Counted from the first letter of the stretch, positions 20,701-29,300 are shown. The stretch is 64,000 nucleotides of DNA from Candidatus Thalassarchaeum betae (GCA_003193925.1 PSPG01000001.1:64001-128000); one strand, 5' to 3'. Program-made: numbers and translations. The notes: a model not told the origin generated them from the letters alone.

Positions 20701-22709
20701 TACACCACGACATCACGCTCGACCCGCAGTTGTTGCGTGACGACCCCGAGTCCTTCCTGCCGGACGGCTTCGGACCGGTCAACGTGATTCTGAGATTTGG
20801 GGAGAACCTGCCCCACGAGGGATGCGAACTCCTGGATGACGACATGCTGCGGACTTCCGGGGCGTGGGACCCGTGTACCCAGATAATCAACAGCGAGCAC
20901 TATCGCAAGGTGCTGCAGTTCAACGCGCAGGGATTCTACCTCATAGGCCGCACCAACTTGGTCGTGGACGACCAAATCGTCTACACATCCGAGATTGACC
21001 CAACCACGGGTCAGCCAATCGAGAAGCCGATGATGGTCACCGGGCAGCTGCTCGACGAGCTGGGCAGCAACCTGTCTTACAGGGCCATCCGAGTCGAATA
21101 CCAGATGCTCAACATGGACATGGGCAGCCAGGTCTGCATACCCGGAACCACCAATGGCGACGGATTCTTCGAGATCATCTGCCCGCTCTCCGGTGTCGAA
21201 GCGGGACAGGCCATGGTGACGATATCGTACGACCCGTACGAGAGTCTCGACAACTGGCGTTACAGAGCAACGAACATCACCAAGATCTTCCCGGTGTTCT
21301 CGAACTCCACCATGCTGATCCAGGAGGTAGGTCCGTTCCGAACCGATGTGGACACCTACTCCTTCGCAAACGGCTCGATCTTCCCGGTCCTGTACCTCAA
21401 GGAGTCCTTCCACATCAACGCCTTGCTGACCCAGACCAACGGCAACCCGATTGGCGGCAAGTGCCTGAACATTTACCTCGACCCCATGACTAACACGCGC
21501 CCGATCGCCACTACGATCACGATGGATGGCACAGGTGAGGTCGGGTGGTTCTCGGGCGACCCCGAGGACAACCCGAGCCGGCGAGGGGTCGAGCCCAACG
21601 GCGAACAACTGGAAGGCTTCAGGACGGTGCGCGTGGCCTACGAGCCCAACAAGGAGCTGCCCGGAGGCTGCCGCGCCGAGACCACGCCAGTGGTCAACGG
21701 CTCGTTCATGGACATCGAGGTGCTCGTGCGCAGCCGCGTCGACATCCTGCTGAAGGACCACTGGGCCAGTTCTGTGGGCTACCAGCCAGGTGACTCGATC
21801 ACCGGCGCGGTTTCGATCCTGAGGGACCGTCTGGACCTGTCGGTCGAGGGCGAGACGGTGATATTCACCTTCCAGTACTGGAACGGCACAGGCTGGGTGA
21901 CCAACGATGTCGAGTACGCCGTGACCAACGAGCAGGGAACTGCCAACTTCAGTTACGAGTACTCGGGCGAGGACATACCTGGCGAAATCGAGTGCGATGC
22001 AGGAGGCCCCTGCGCGCAGAGCGGCAGATGGCGGGTACTGGTGCACTTCCAAGAGTCGTCATTCTTCCAAGAGGAGTTCCTCAACAGCACCCCGATCATC
22101 TTCCTCGGAGAGCCCATTGTCACTCAGAGGCAGAGTTTCTTCACCATGCGTGTGATGATTGTTTTGGGAGTCGCCCTGGCTTTCACCGCCCTCATCGGCG
22201 TCATCATGTACCGCAACTACACCGAGCGCCGGCGCATCGAGATCATCCGCGGGATACTGACGGACTCGCTGATGTCGCTCAAGGCCTCGAACGACTACAT
22301 CCAGACCATCTTCAACTGCTACAAGGACCTGGTGAGGTTCTTCAGGTCCAGAGGCGCCATGAAGAAGGTCTACGAGACCACTCGAGAGTTCGAGGACGCA
22401 ATCAACTCGATGCTGGGCGGAATCGCTCCGCCCGAGGACCTCGGCGAACTCTTCTCGATATTCGAGGAGGCGCGCTACTCCGACCATGAGATAGGTGCGG
22501 ACCAGCGTGACAGGGCCATCGTCGCTCTGCAGGCAATCGTCAACCACCTGACCTCTGCTCTGGGCGACAGCATGCTGAGCAGGTCGTACGTTGACGAGTC
22601 GACCCTGTACGGCGCCGTGATTAAGGCCGGAGAGTTCGTCGACTCGGAGGGCCAGACCAGGATTGCAGGCATCGACGAGGACAGCCCGGACGATGGCTTC
22701 CGAATCTGA
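14715..22709 (+). CDS. Giant membrane-anchored surface protein: TSP3-like Ca-binding repeats, cupredoxin domain, beta-rich stalk, TM helix, DUF4129-like tail
   Basis: Signal-like hydrophobic N-terminus; many DxDNDG repeats; HTVT...CLLHPTM type-1 copper motif; many NxT/S sequons; TM VMIVLGVALAFTALIGVIMY; ETTREF...FEEARYS tail. Start may be ATG 14727 or 14751. Confidence 0.85.
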   Translation: MVGTMDETSTRTMRDRRKNNSAIAMVLLMLMSAQLYSFQDFERDDPEESEWGAVPQRTAYQQMNQASGPMSGDSQGQPAAGFAWDQVSFTDPRYHDPASFFGKVSDPSILNLDAGYGFFLEQTRTQDHDNDGIDDLNDLDDDNDGINDLLERFDGCYGTDPFDHDNDGILDEFDWDDDSDGILEGPIDYSQGTDPRNVSADRYVEPSTVHPWTGTPVGTGYLVDQNPMDHDNDGITDEDTDGTGRGSYDEDDDNDGRIDQFKWPCDFDGDGLQDYFDLDDDNDGVADLWDEHPWDATKTGNITATAPLWEGWVVWSAGATTHNVNIVSGGYISSTLNINAGDTVVWTNTDTVDHTVTHSGTTFDSNPISPGGTFSYTFTTAGTYNYSCLLHPTMTGQVVVTSSGTTANVYSHFVGGVDYVQRETMWHPRNQSFTMIIDGDLDGDGIPNFLDPDDDNDGTPDSADTDDDNDGLLDMYDVDDDNDGIPDTCHQIDTNNDGVGDYPIPYTRIEVPGIDCEMDYDRDLDDDRYRPIDQDYDLVWDWLDPDMGGTALPDNPLGGPAFDASDIPFDLDNDGLLNEEDPFMISTWDEVQTWNCPSVDNPNPVNSHENCVLMRKSYTGNNDWDGDGINNWEDVDDDNDGILDWLDLDPDCDFDDDNDLHQLNGSMYRDDGPNDIDTDIDGDGLPNDVDWDDDNDGIPDYYDPDDGNCGIVDSDSTDPFSSYYYSHGDGDPIDGSDDSDMYADDTVHTFYWNQSWMFNPFNLENNFVLDYNGYVNDATGVVTGKVPEMYWYVIMKWSPYNGGNYFDIDMDGDSLVNGIDVDQDGDGLPDWWDQDEGNDGVLDVDDIKMGGSFDEGTCGSTLFLVVYQIALSDHACGLDYAWLYGWPLQRATQTQQNIYTSPYSSRPDPEHDEGAYNGSNSQGQWTCNKNCFWFDFFGNQDIGPSSAVTYNQIKDNRDLWIAYVGINYGLFSWNSDGNGNMFPDERADLLNNDVDPDDDCGAPVAGNMEPQCMFNDTADLDDDFDGIYDHWDIDDDNDGIWDYFEVDSNDDFDDDANTEPPGAFFIGFNCEDGDDDGTDTDPDGDGWYQAVWDKGVLGQAMLHPKYYDVDNDNDGVPDGEDPDDDNNGLDDEQQELLCFVGEEQSPWDHDNDGVLDWVDDDWDGDGIVNVLELASATPWITPWDHDNDGLRDDVDLDDDSDGMLDVDEIMLWPSRFGSESTNPWDHDDFGGGEGIANPSDPNTGPDAIDQDDDSDNRTDLDWDHLEEGWTSDNCTNGAESSDWDHDNDCILDEDDKIPTRISLTVPPILWLDNRYAARFNGTVNWLDPEQGVFTPAPDLPVQVHIEWARNGTSAVETIDVLTNQDGVFVVGQFLFPEDIHVGDNTTYIVYAEVTEMFVHDGASTEPVPVEVRANTTIDYVAWTYFRSDEQPLFVDYKVHYTADWERGIFGNRLSHAPVSFTISGGLFGNTTHPTVFDGYGYGYRADSGGWVSLTFVQSSGTQGVWKQVQWNSSMDNGPGKVPGGYEEIVWDNFSKTHSVLDRYNYTNTSLPTGDYAFVGFSRPDLGAEWPWPFLEGERTDSFGIRSMHRMYVEADIITPSIRPVYFWDSTQFTGSSFGAWRAMFHGPSLVNAGLDYTDVSLGKPYAMLWDGSPAGLTGEAARLRPFISSNGTHWFISMQNGGDFNVPPCGPVNPLDPNSDVRCEIVPEMFTGETYRVIGTVWNRTMTAWPHDPMALQVDVDHNGVFAGSSETGYARVPQMVNGEARFDYNWTWYSQYAAGVFGIRADFTNSNYYFTGNQTSVLAPTGAYVNVSVIGTTDFQLNNIPRLYRGQNTTIEARLIDNAYQPVRDAPVNYTWSADGTSDITVTDHNGVFAVNLTIGELHDLGNFTLSYSYPGDPFHQGSSSEIYLWVVSRTLISLQSATSGSMSSGDIWEFSAQVTDDNRTPNPTVFDPGQALDGCGENGGEVLIIFEGTDFEDRTHRQIVEATCPSAGSIHHDITLDPQLLRDDPESFLPDGFGPVNVILRFGENLPHEGCELLDDDMLRTSGAWDPCTQIINSEHYRKVLQFNAQGFYLIGRTNLVVDDQIVYTSEIDPTTGQPIEKPMMVTGQLLDELGSNLSYRAIRVEYQMLNMDMGSQVCIPGTTNGDGFFEIICPLSGVEAGQAMVTISYDPYESLDNWRYRATNITKIFPVFSNSTMLIQEVGPFRTDVDTYSFANGSIFPVLYLKESFHINALLTQTNGNPIGGKCLNIYLDPMTNTRPIATTITMDGTGEVGWFSGDPEDNPSRRGVEPNGEQLEGFRTVRVAYEPNKELPGGCRAETTPVVNGSFMDIEVLVRSRVDILLKDHWASSVGYQPGDSITGAVSILRDRLDLSVEGETVIFTFQYWNGTGWVTNDVEYAVTNEQGTANFSYEYSGEDIPGEIECDAGGPCAQSGRWRVLVHFQESSFFQEEFLNSTPIIFLGEPIVTQRQSFFTMRVMIVLGVALAFTALIGVIMYRNYTERRRIEIIRGILTDSLMSLKASNDYIQTIFNCYKDLVRFFRSRGAMKKVYETTREFEDAINSMLGGIAPPEDLGELFSIFEEARYSDHEIGADQRDRAIVALQAIVNHLTSALGDSMLSRSYVDESTLYGAVIKAGEFVDSEGQTRIAGIDEDSPDDGFRI

Positions 22710-22843
22710 TTCGGACCCATCCTGATGGGAGGGCACTTCCCTGCATCCTCCCACCGCAGTGATTCGCCCCTTCGGGGCGCCCCGTAGCATTGATAACACC
22801 GCCTCGGGTGGCCGCGCTACCCGAGTAACGCCGAGGGAGTCAT

Positions 22844-23209
22844 ATGACTAAGAACAAGAGAAAGACCAATCAGGCCCTTGTCACTCTAATCGGTGAACTC
22901 AAGGACCAGAGCAGATCGACTGGTTCTGCGCTGTGGCGAGACGTTGCTATGCGGCTCGAGTCGAGCCGCAGCAACTGGGCTGAACCTAACCTGAGCCGTC
23001 TGTCGCGTCACGCCGCGAACGAGGACTTCGTACTGGTTCCCGGGAAGTTGCTAGGCAGCGGTGATGTCGTCGGCAAACCGAGCGTCGCAGCCTACAGGGT
23101 CAGTGCCGGCGCCCGCTCAAAGATAGAGGCAGCCGGTGGCCGAGTCATGACGATCCGCGAATTGATGGACGAGAATCCCAAGGGCAAGGGGGTGAGGATA
23201 CTTGGCTGA
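22844..23209 (+). CDS. rpl18e: 50S ribosomal protein L18e
   Basis: KTN...LWRDVA.RL, NLSRLSR, VPGKLLGSG and KIEAAGG motifs. Confidence 0.96.
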   Translation: MTKNKRKTNQALVTLIGELKDQSRSTGSALWRDVAMRLESSRSNWAEPNLSRLSRHAANEDFVLVPGKLLGSGDVVGKPSVAAYRVSAGARSKIEAAGGRVMTIRELMDENPKGKGVRILG

Positions 23210-23687
23210 AGCTGGAACGCTGGTCTATGATGCCAAGGACAAGATCCTCGGACGCCTCGCGAGCCACGTGGCCAAGCAACTCATGGTGGCCCGCAAGTCC
23301 GGCCGAGAGCAGCGCGTAATCATCTACAACGCGGAGCACGCCGTAGTCTCCGGGCCGAAGACCAAGGTATTGGCCGATTACGACTTCAAGTACAAGCTCA
23401 ACCACCCGAGGAAGGGACCCTTCTTCCCGAGAATGCCGGACCAGATTCTCAAGAGAACCGTCCGCGGAATGCTTCCTTACCAGAAGAACAGCAGCGGCCG
23501 TGGGGCACTGCGCGACCTGAGGGTCGTGATAGGCCTGCCAGTCAACCTCTCCGGCGACGACCTGCCAGAGGGCCACGCCTGGGGGGACACCTCAGGCATC
23601 GAGAGGCCCCTGCCGCTGAAGTTCGTCCGCCTCGGGGAGATTAGTTCTTCACTCGGCGTCGACGCGAGTCGATGGGGTGGTGAGTGA
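23202..23687 (+). CDS. rpl13: 50S ribosomal protein L13
   Basis: [11 protein letters not shown] and [21 protein letters not shown] motifs. Confidence 0.96.
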   Translation: MAEAGTLVYDAKDKILGRLASHVAKQLMVARKSGREQRVIIYNAEHAVVSGPKTKVLADYDFKYKLNHPRKGPFFPRMPDQILKRTVRGMLPYQKNSSGRGALRDLRVVIGLPVNLSGDDLPEGHAWGDTSGIERPLPLKFVRLGEISSSLGVDASRWGGE

Positions 23688-23689
23688 AG

Positions 23690-24130
23690 ATGGCCAAGAA
23701 ACCGAAGAAGAAGACCGCCGTCAACATGAGCGGCAAGCGCAAGACGGCCATCGCCCGCGCCACCGTGCGCAAGGGCAAGGGGCGCGTTCGCATCAACAGC
23801 AAGCCGATTTACATCATGGAGCCCGAACTCGCTCGCCGCAAGGCACTGGAGCCGGTTCAGATCGCCGAGGCGATGAACCGCCTCACAGACGTCGATGTCG
23901 CAGTCAATGTCGAAGGCGGCGGACAGATGGGACAGGTCGACGCCATTCGCACCGCCATCGCCCGAGGGCTGGTCAAGTGGAACGGCGGAGCCGAGGGCGA
24001 TGACGAGGAACTCCGGGACGAGTACCTGCGCTTCGACCGCAGTCTGCTCGTGAACGACCCGCGCCGCAAGGAGCCCAAGCATCAAATGGGGCGCGGTGCT
24101 CGTGCGAAGTGGCAGAAGTCGTACAGGTGA
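23690..24130 (+). CDS. rps9: 30S ribosomal protein S9
   Basis: [17 protein letters not shown] and C-terminal QKSYR. Confidence 0.97.
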   Translation: MAKKPKKKTAVNMSGKRKTAIARATVRKGKGRVRINSKPIYIMEPELARRKALEPVQIAEAMNRLTDVDVAVNVEGGGQMGQVDAIRTAIARGLVKWNGGAEGDDEELRDEYLRFDRSLLVNDPRRKEPKHQMGRGARAKWQKSYR

Positions 24131-24138
24131 GTGAGGAT

Positions 24139-24345
24139 ATGTTGATTCCAGTAAGGTGTTGGAGTTGTGGCAAGGTCATCGCCCACGTCTACGAGCAATA
24201 CAAGCAATCGGTCGCTGATGGCGAGGATTCCCAGAAGGTCCTCGATGACCTCGGCATTGAGAGATACTGCTGCCGCAGGATGTTCGTCGGCCATGTCGAC
24301 CTCATTGATGACATAGGCCCTTTCAGCATAGCCAGAGAGTTCTGA
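24139..24345 (+). CDS. rpoN: DNA-directed RNA polymerase subunit N (Rpo10)
   Basis: [12 protein letters not shown]...RYCCRRM Zn motif; conserved archaeal gene order. Confidence 0.96.
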   Translation: MLIPVRCWSCGKVIAHVYEQYKQSVADGEDSQKVLDDLGIERYCCRRMFVGHVDLIDDIGPFSIAREF

Positions 24346-24398
24346 TTCCCCGCTCCGACAGGGCTTTGACGGTCTCCTGTCTCGCTCCGAGGGCCCAA

Positions 24399-24476
24399 GG
24401 GCCTGTAGGTTAGTTTGGCCTATACTTCGCGGCTGGGGGCCGCGCGACCCAGGTTCAAATCCTGGCAGGCCCACCA
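24399..24476 (+). tRNA. tRNA-Pro(GGG)
   Basis: Acceptor stem GGGCCTG/CAGGCCC, anticodon arm CGCGG-CTGGGGG-CCGCG, T-loop GTTCAAATC, encoded CCA. Confidence 0.96.
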
Positions 24477-24477
24477 C

Positions 24478-24532
24478 TTTCGCTTCTGATCTTTCCATTT
24501 TTTGAAATTTAGGAGCCCTACGGGCTCCTAAA
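24478..24532 (+). terminator. T-rich tract followed by a perfect 11-bp inverted repeat after tRNA-Pro
   Basis: CTTTCC-ATTTTTT, then TTTAGGAGCCC-TAC-GGGCTCCTAAA (24508-24532). Confidence 0.5.
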
Positions 24533-24568
24533 CCACAGGTTGAAGGGTGTGGGCCCACTTCGCTTACC

Positions 24569-26686
24569 ATGGTAGCGGAGCGGCCGAGCGAAGCCGGCGA
24601 GCAGGCTCTGGTAGAGTGGCTCGCCGGGCAGATATCACATCACTCACATCTCTACTACAACGAGGCGAGTCCGGAGATCTCCGATGCAGAGTTCGACGAG
24701 CTGTGGGATGAGCTGAGGAGCCTGTCTCCCGAGCACCCCCAACTGCTGAGGGTCGGCACAGACCCGCCTCCGGGCTCGGTCAAGGTGAATCACCTGTTTC
24801 CCATGCTCAGCCTCGACAAGGCGAACACCGAGGAAGAGGTAGCCCATTTCATCTCCGAGACCACGGCCCAAGGGAGGAGGTTCGTCTGCCAGCCTAAGGT
24901 AGACGGCTCCGCTCTCTCACTCGAGTATCGCCGGGGGCGCCTCATCAGGGCCGCGACTCGCGGTAGCGGAACCCGTGGTGAGGACATCACCGCGAACGTC
25001 CGCAGGATACCGAACGTCGCAGAGGCCATTGGCTGGGACGGGGATTGCCACGTTCGCGGCGAGGCTGTGATGCCCCTGGCCACTTTCCGAGAGAAGTACG
25101 CCGAGATCGCACCCAACCCCCGTAACCTAGCGGCAGGCTCACTCAGGCAGAAGCACGCAGAGGCCGGCAAGGGGCGCGCCGAGGACCTCGTGTTCCTCGC
25201 GTACGGAGCCGAGTTCCCAGCTGGTGCCTCGAGGCACCCAGACAGCCCCGAGCCTCCGGCTTTCGAATACGACTCGGAAGTGATATCATGGCTGCAGAGC
25301 ATAGGGGTGGAGGTCGCAGGCAACGAAGTCACCGGCGGTGCGGATGACGACTCCACCTGCTCCGCTGTCCTCTCGGTAGTCCAAAATTGGACTGATAGGC
25401 GCGAGAGCGCGAATTGGGAGATCGATGGCATAGTGGTCAAGTTGGACCGTCTCGACAAGCGCGAGCTCCTCGGTATGACCGCTCACCATCCGAGATGGGC
25501 TCTCGCCTGGAAGTTCCCTCCCGAGGAAGCGACGACCGTGCTGATGGACGTGGCCTGGCAGACCGGCAGGACGGGGAACGTGACCCCCGTCTCCAGAGTC
25601 GCTCCGGTGATGGTTTCCGGAGTAACGGTGGAGAACACCACCCTGCACAACAGGGGGGAGGTTGAACGGCTGGGGATTCAGGTCGGCGACAAGGTCAGAG
25701 TGGTTCGCAGGGGCGATGTCATCCCGAAGATAATCGAGGTTCTGGGACCCGCAGCAGCCTCGGATCTGGAGGGCAGGCGGCACTCCGACGGCACCCCTTT
25801 CGCAGAACTGCTACCAAGGAGGATGGAGGTGACTGTACCGACCGAGTGCCCACGCTGCGGGACCACACTGATCGAGGACGGCGCTTTCATCCGCTGCACC
25901 AACCTAGACTGCCCATCACGGCTCGAGAGAGCAATCCTCTACTGGTGCAGGTACCTAGAGATGGACGGCGTAGGTGAGAAGCTGGCCGAGCAGATGTGCG
26001 AAACAGGACTCGTGACGACGCTCGCCGATCTGTACAAGCTCGAGCGCGAGGACATCGAGGGCCTCGAGAGGATGGCTGAGAAGTCTGCGAGCAATGTGAT
26101 CGACCAACTGGAGGGCAGCAGGAGAATGCCACTGAGTACCTTCATCGCAGCGCTCGGACTTCCCAGGATAGGCCCTGAATTCGCTTCCGTGATAGCAACC
26201 GAGGCCGGCAGCCTCGACGAGCTCCTGGACCTGGTCTCGAAGATGGACGAGGACCCGGGAGTCGACGAGTCGGGCAAACCGAACAAGCACAATCCTTCGA
26301 TGAGCAGACTCATCGCGATCGAAGGCGTCGGCGAGACGGTAGCCCGACTGCTCTTGGAGGGACTCGCAACGCGCTCCGAGATTGTAGCGGAACTGAGCGA
26401 GGAACTCGATATCACAGAGGAGTCCCCCAAGCGGGAGGCAGGCCCGCTACAGGGACAGACCTTCTGCATCACAGGCACCCTGAGCCGCCCCAGGAAGGAG
26501 ACCGCTCTGTCGATTAAGGCCGAGGGCGGCAAGGTGGTCTCCTCCGTCTCAGGCAAGTTGGACTTCTTAGTCGCAGGGGCATCAGCGGGCTCCAAGCTGG
26601 AAAAGGCGAACAGGCTCGGCGTCGGTGTCCTGAACGAGGCCGAACTCGCCGAGATGTTGCGTCCTGAGCCCTCGGAGCAGCACTAG
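24569..26686 (+). CDS. ligA: NAD-dependent DNA ligase
   Basis: YY...ISDAEFD domain Ia, PMLSL, KVDG adenylation motif, NPRNLAAGSLRQ, DGIVVK, C4 Zn finger, HhH repeats and BRCT (FCITGTL). Confidence 0.97.
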   Translation: MVAERPSEAGEQALVEWLAGQISHHSHLYYNEASPEISDAEFDELWDELRSLSPEHPQLLRVGTDPPPGSVKVNHLFPMLSLDKANTEEEVAHFISETTAQGRRFVCQPKVDGSALSLEYRRGRLIRAATRGSGTRGEDITANVRRIPNVAEAIGWDGDCHVRGEAVMPLATFREKYAEIAPNPRNLAAGSLRQKHAEAGKGRAEDLVFLAYGAEFPAGASRHPDSPEPPAFEYDSEVISWLQSIGVEVAGNEVTGGADDDSTCSAVLSVVQNWTDRRESANWEIDGIVVKLDRLDKRELLGMTAHHPRWALAWKFPPEEATTVLMDVAWQTGRTGNVTPVSRVAPVMVSGVTVENTTLHNRGEVERLGIQVGDKVRVVRRGDVIPKIIEVLGPAAASDLEGRRHSDGTPFAELLPRRMEVTVPTECPRCGTTLIEDGAFIRCTNLDCPSRLERAILYWCRYLEMDGVGEKLAEQMCETGLVTTLADLYKLEREDIEGLERMAEKSASNVIDQLEGSRRMPLSTFIAALGLPRIGPEFASVIATEAGSLDELLDLVSKMDEDPGVDESGKPNKHNPSMSRLIAIEGVGETVARLLLEGLATRSEIVAELSEELDITEESPKREAGPLQGQTFCITGTLSRPRKETALSIKAEGGKVVSSVSGKLDFLVAGASAGSKLEKANRLGVGVLNEAELAEMLRPEPSEQH

Positions 26687-26703
26687 AGTGTGCTCGCGGA
26701 GTT

Positions 26704-27504
26704 CTAGCCGTACATCGAACTGGGAGCGCCGCCGCTCTCACTCGGCGGATTGAGGTGCACTGCCATCATCTCGCGGATCTCTCCTTCTATCCTCTGGGCC
26801 TCGGCCAACAGTGGCTCGGGGTCAAGATGCACCGCAGGAAGCAGGTTGTCCAAGCACTCGATAATTCGAGCCGCCGCACGTGCGTCAGGAAGGCTGCCGC
26901 CGATATCGCCGTCCGATTCCGCTAGAATCGCCATGGCATCGATCTCTCTCCTTCTGCACTCTCCCATCATCACTCCGGTGATGCCCCCGACCACCCCCTG
27001 CTTGAGCAGAGGCACGCCGAGACCGGCCAGAGTCTCGTGCGAGGCGTCTGTCGAGCCTATTCCGAGCATCGTCTCCTCAGACTCGTCATCGTCGAAGATC
27101 GAGTGCTGTTGGCCGATTCCTTGGGCGTAGGAGTCGATTAGAATAATCGCGCCCACGCCGTTCTCCGAGCACCAGTCCAGCAGGGTGGTCGCGAGGGGCA
27201 GGTTCAGCTCTGGAATGACCTGTATCTCGGAGGCAATCAGAACAATCTTGTCGCAGCGCTCCATGTTGCAGAGCGGCTCGCCGGAGTAGAATCTCATCGG
27301 AGGAAGTGGCTTCCCATCCTGAACTAGGCAGACCGGGGGGAGCTTAGGGTGTCTGACGCCGCCCACCAGTTCCAAGTCCAGTTTGTCGACGAGGTAATGC
27401 GCCACGATACTGCTGACGAAGCCAATTGACGGGAAGCAACTGACGACCAGAGCGCCGGTGGCGTTCAAATCAGGGTCGACCTCTACCTTCGGTGGCTCCG
27501 ACAT
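26704..27504 (-). CDS. PAC2 family proteasome assembly chaperone (has a C-terminal HbYX motif)
   Basis: FPSIGFVSSI, PPMRFY and PDARAAA motifs; ends SMYG. Confidence 0.88.
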   Translation of the reverse strand: MSEPPKVEVDPDLNATGALVVSCFPSIGFVSSIVAHYLVDKLDLELVGGVRHPKLPPVCLVQDGKPLPPMRFYSGEPLCNMERCDKIVLIASEIQVIPELNLPLATTLLDWCSENGVGAIILIDSYAQGIGQQHSIFDDDESEETMLGIGSTDASHETLAGLGVPLLKQGVVGGITGVMMGECRRREIDAMAILAESDGDIGGSLPDARAAARIIECLDNLLPAVHLDPEPLLAEAQRIEGEIREMMAVHLNPPSESGGAPSSMYG

Positions 27505-27575
27505 CGACGGGGAGTGTACCTACGATGCTGTTAACCGTTGTCACACCCGGTCCCTCCCTAGGGAGGGGAAGTAGG

Positions 27576-28730
27576 GTGGAAGACGGCTTCAAGGCTCATC
27601 AGTTGTCACCCTCTTCGTGGAATAGGTTCGAGGAGTGCCCACGCAAGTACTGGCTGTCCCGCCAACGGCTGCCGCGCAAGGCCAGCATGCCGGCTGCCAT
27701 GGGCACTGCCGTGCACAACTCGGTCGAGGACCTCTGTAATCTCGACCTCTCGGACAAGGACGACTCCGAGGACGGTTGGCTCCCTCCCACAGCCAAAGCA
27801 GTTCTCGACCGTCACTGGACACTCGAGCGCGACATCTTCCTCGCCACGCCCCGCCATCCTAGATGGAAGGACGAGATGATCACCAAGGCCCACGATGGAC
27901 TCGTCGGCGCACTCAACATCCTTTTCTCCAAGTCCAACATGGGCAAGGTGGGCCTTTCCGAGGTCTCCGTGGCTCAGTGGAAGCAGGTCCAGAGCATCGT
28001 CCTCGCCAACGAAGGCACACTGGTGTCCGAGTGCGGCCGTCTAATGGGTCGCTTGGACCTACTGGTAGCCGACCTCGACGAGAACGGCGACTCGAAGGGC
28101 TGGATTGTCGCCGACCTGAAGACCGGCAACCCACCGAAGCAGAAACTCAACGAGAAGGTGAGTCGCCAACTCAGGTTCTACCGCGACCTGCTGAAGGCAA
28201 TCAATCCCGACCACCCCCCGGTTTACGCCGAAGGCTGGTACTCCTCCAACCAGACCATCCACCGAGCCGATGGACCTTCGGTCCTCGACGAGGCCTTCGC
28301 AGCTTGGGAAGGCATGAGGCCCACCGAGGAGCCTCTCGAGGGCACCCCGGGGGATGTGCAGTGCGGCTTCTGCGAGTGGAAGGCCTGGTGTCCAATCTGG
28401 TGGGCTGCTCGCAGGGACGGCACCCTCTCGCCGGGCAGCATGTTCCGCGACGAGGTTGTGCGAGCAGTCAGGTTCGACCGGGAGTCGGGGGCTGCTCTGT
28501 TCGAGCGCATGCCACCCCTCGGCGACGAGGGCGAACTGGCCCATTCCGACCATCGCTTCGGTGCCATACTTCGCGATCAGGCGCTCGACCAGATGCGCGA
28601 ACTGATGGACTCCGGTTACGAGGGAGCCATTTTCCTCGGCAGCGTCCGAGTCGACGGCAAGATCGTGCATTTGGGGGACTGGTGCGAGGTCCTGCCGTGG
28701 ACGCCGCTACTCAAGTCAATACGAGAGTGA
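27576..28730 (+). CDS. PD-(D/E)XK nuclease, RecB/AddB/Cas4-like with Fe-S staple cysteines
   Basis: LSPSS..ECPRKYW, GTAVH, GRLDL, DLKTG, QLRFY and CGFCEWKAWC motifs. Start inferred at GTG 27576. Confidence 0.88.
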   Translation: MEDGFKAHQLSPSSWNRFEECPRKYWLSRQRLPRKASMPAAMGTAVHNSVEDLCNLDLSDKDDSEDGWLPPTAKAVLDRHWTLERDIFLATPRHPRWKDEMITKAHDGLVGALNILFSKSNMGKVGLSEVSVAQWKQVQSIVLANEGTLVSECGRLMGRLDLLVADLDENGDSKGWIVADLKTGNPPKQKLNEKVSRQLRFYRDLLKAINPDHPPVYAEGWYSSNQTIHRADGPSVLDEAFAAWEGMRPTEEPLEGTPGDVQCGFCEWKAWCPIWWAARRDGTLSPGSMFRDEVVRAVRFDRESGAALFERMPPLGDEGELAHSDHRFGAILRDQALDQMRELMDSGYEGAIFLGSVRVDGKIVHLGDWCEVLPWTPLLKSIRE

Positions 28731-29300
28731 GTCGAGAAAGTCGTCAACAGGCCCCTTGAACTTCCTCGGATAAGCCTGCATGATCCTCCACAGGAGCAGC
28801 AGGGTCGCACCCGCGTCGACGTCGGCCTGGTGGCTTCTGTCCATTCCGATTCCGAAGCGCTCGCACAAGTGCCCCAACGTGTGCCGCCCGGGTATGCCGA
28901 GCCTCCTCGCCAGAACCAGCGTGTCGATGATGGCGCGCGGGCGCGGGGTTTCCACACCCGCGCGCATGCACTCCATCTCGAGGAACCTCCAGTCGAACTG
29001 CACGACGTTGTGCCCGACTATGACGGAGTCCTCCATCATCATCGCGATGTCTGCCACGTGCTGACTGAACTCACCCGCACCCCTCACGTCATCGTCGGTG
29101 ATGCCATGCACCCGCGTGGTGTTTGGATCGATGGGGACTCTGGGGTTGACCAACGACTGCAGATTGATGTGACTCCCGTCCACATCACTACCGATCAGCG
29201 CGAACTGCACTATCCTGTCCGACCTGTGATCGAAACCCGTGGTCTCTAGGTCGAATCCGAGAACGCGATAACCACTCAGCATTCCTTCAGACATGGCCAC
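28716..29300 (-). CDS. DEDDh 3'-5' exonuclease (DnaQ-like)
   Basis: FDLETTG, HNVVQFD, IDTL and HQADVD motifs. Confidence 0.92.
   Translation of the reverse strand: MAMSEGMLSGYRVLGFDLETTGFDHRSDRIVQFALIGSDVDGSHINLQSLVNPRVPIDPNTTRVHGITDDDVRGAGEFSQHVADIAMMMEDSVIVGHNVVQFDWRFLEMECMRAGVETPRPRAIIDTLVLARRLGIPGRHTLGHLCERFGIGMDRSHQADVDAGATLLLLWRIMQAYPRKFKGPVDDFLDSLSY

Noticed and set aside
20232-22052. 606-aa minus-strand ORF and many other long antisense ORFs
   Set aside because: They are shadows of GC3-biased real genes on the opposite strand and carry no recognisable motifs.
27576-28730. Cas4-like nuclease as evidence of CRISPR-Cas
   Set aside because: There is no repeat-spacer array or other cas gene in the window, and solo PD-(D/E)XK nucleases are common.
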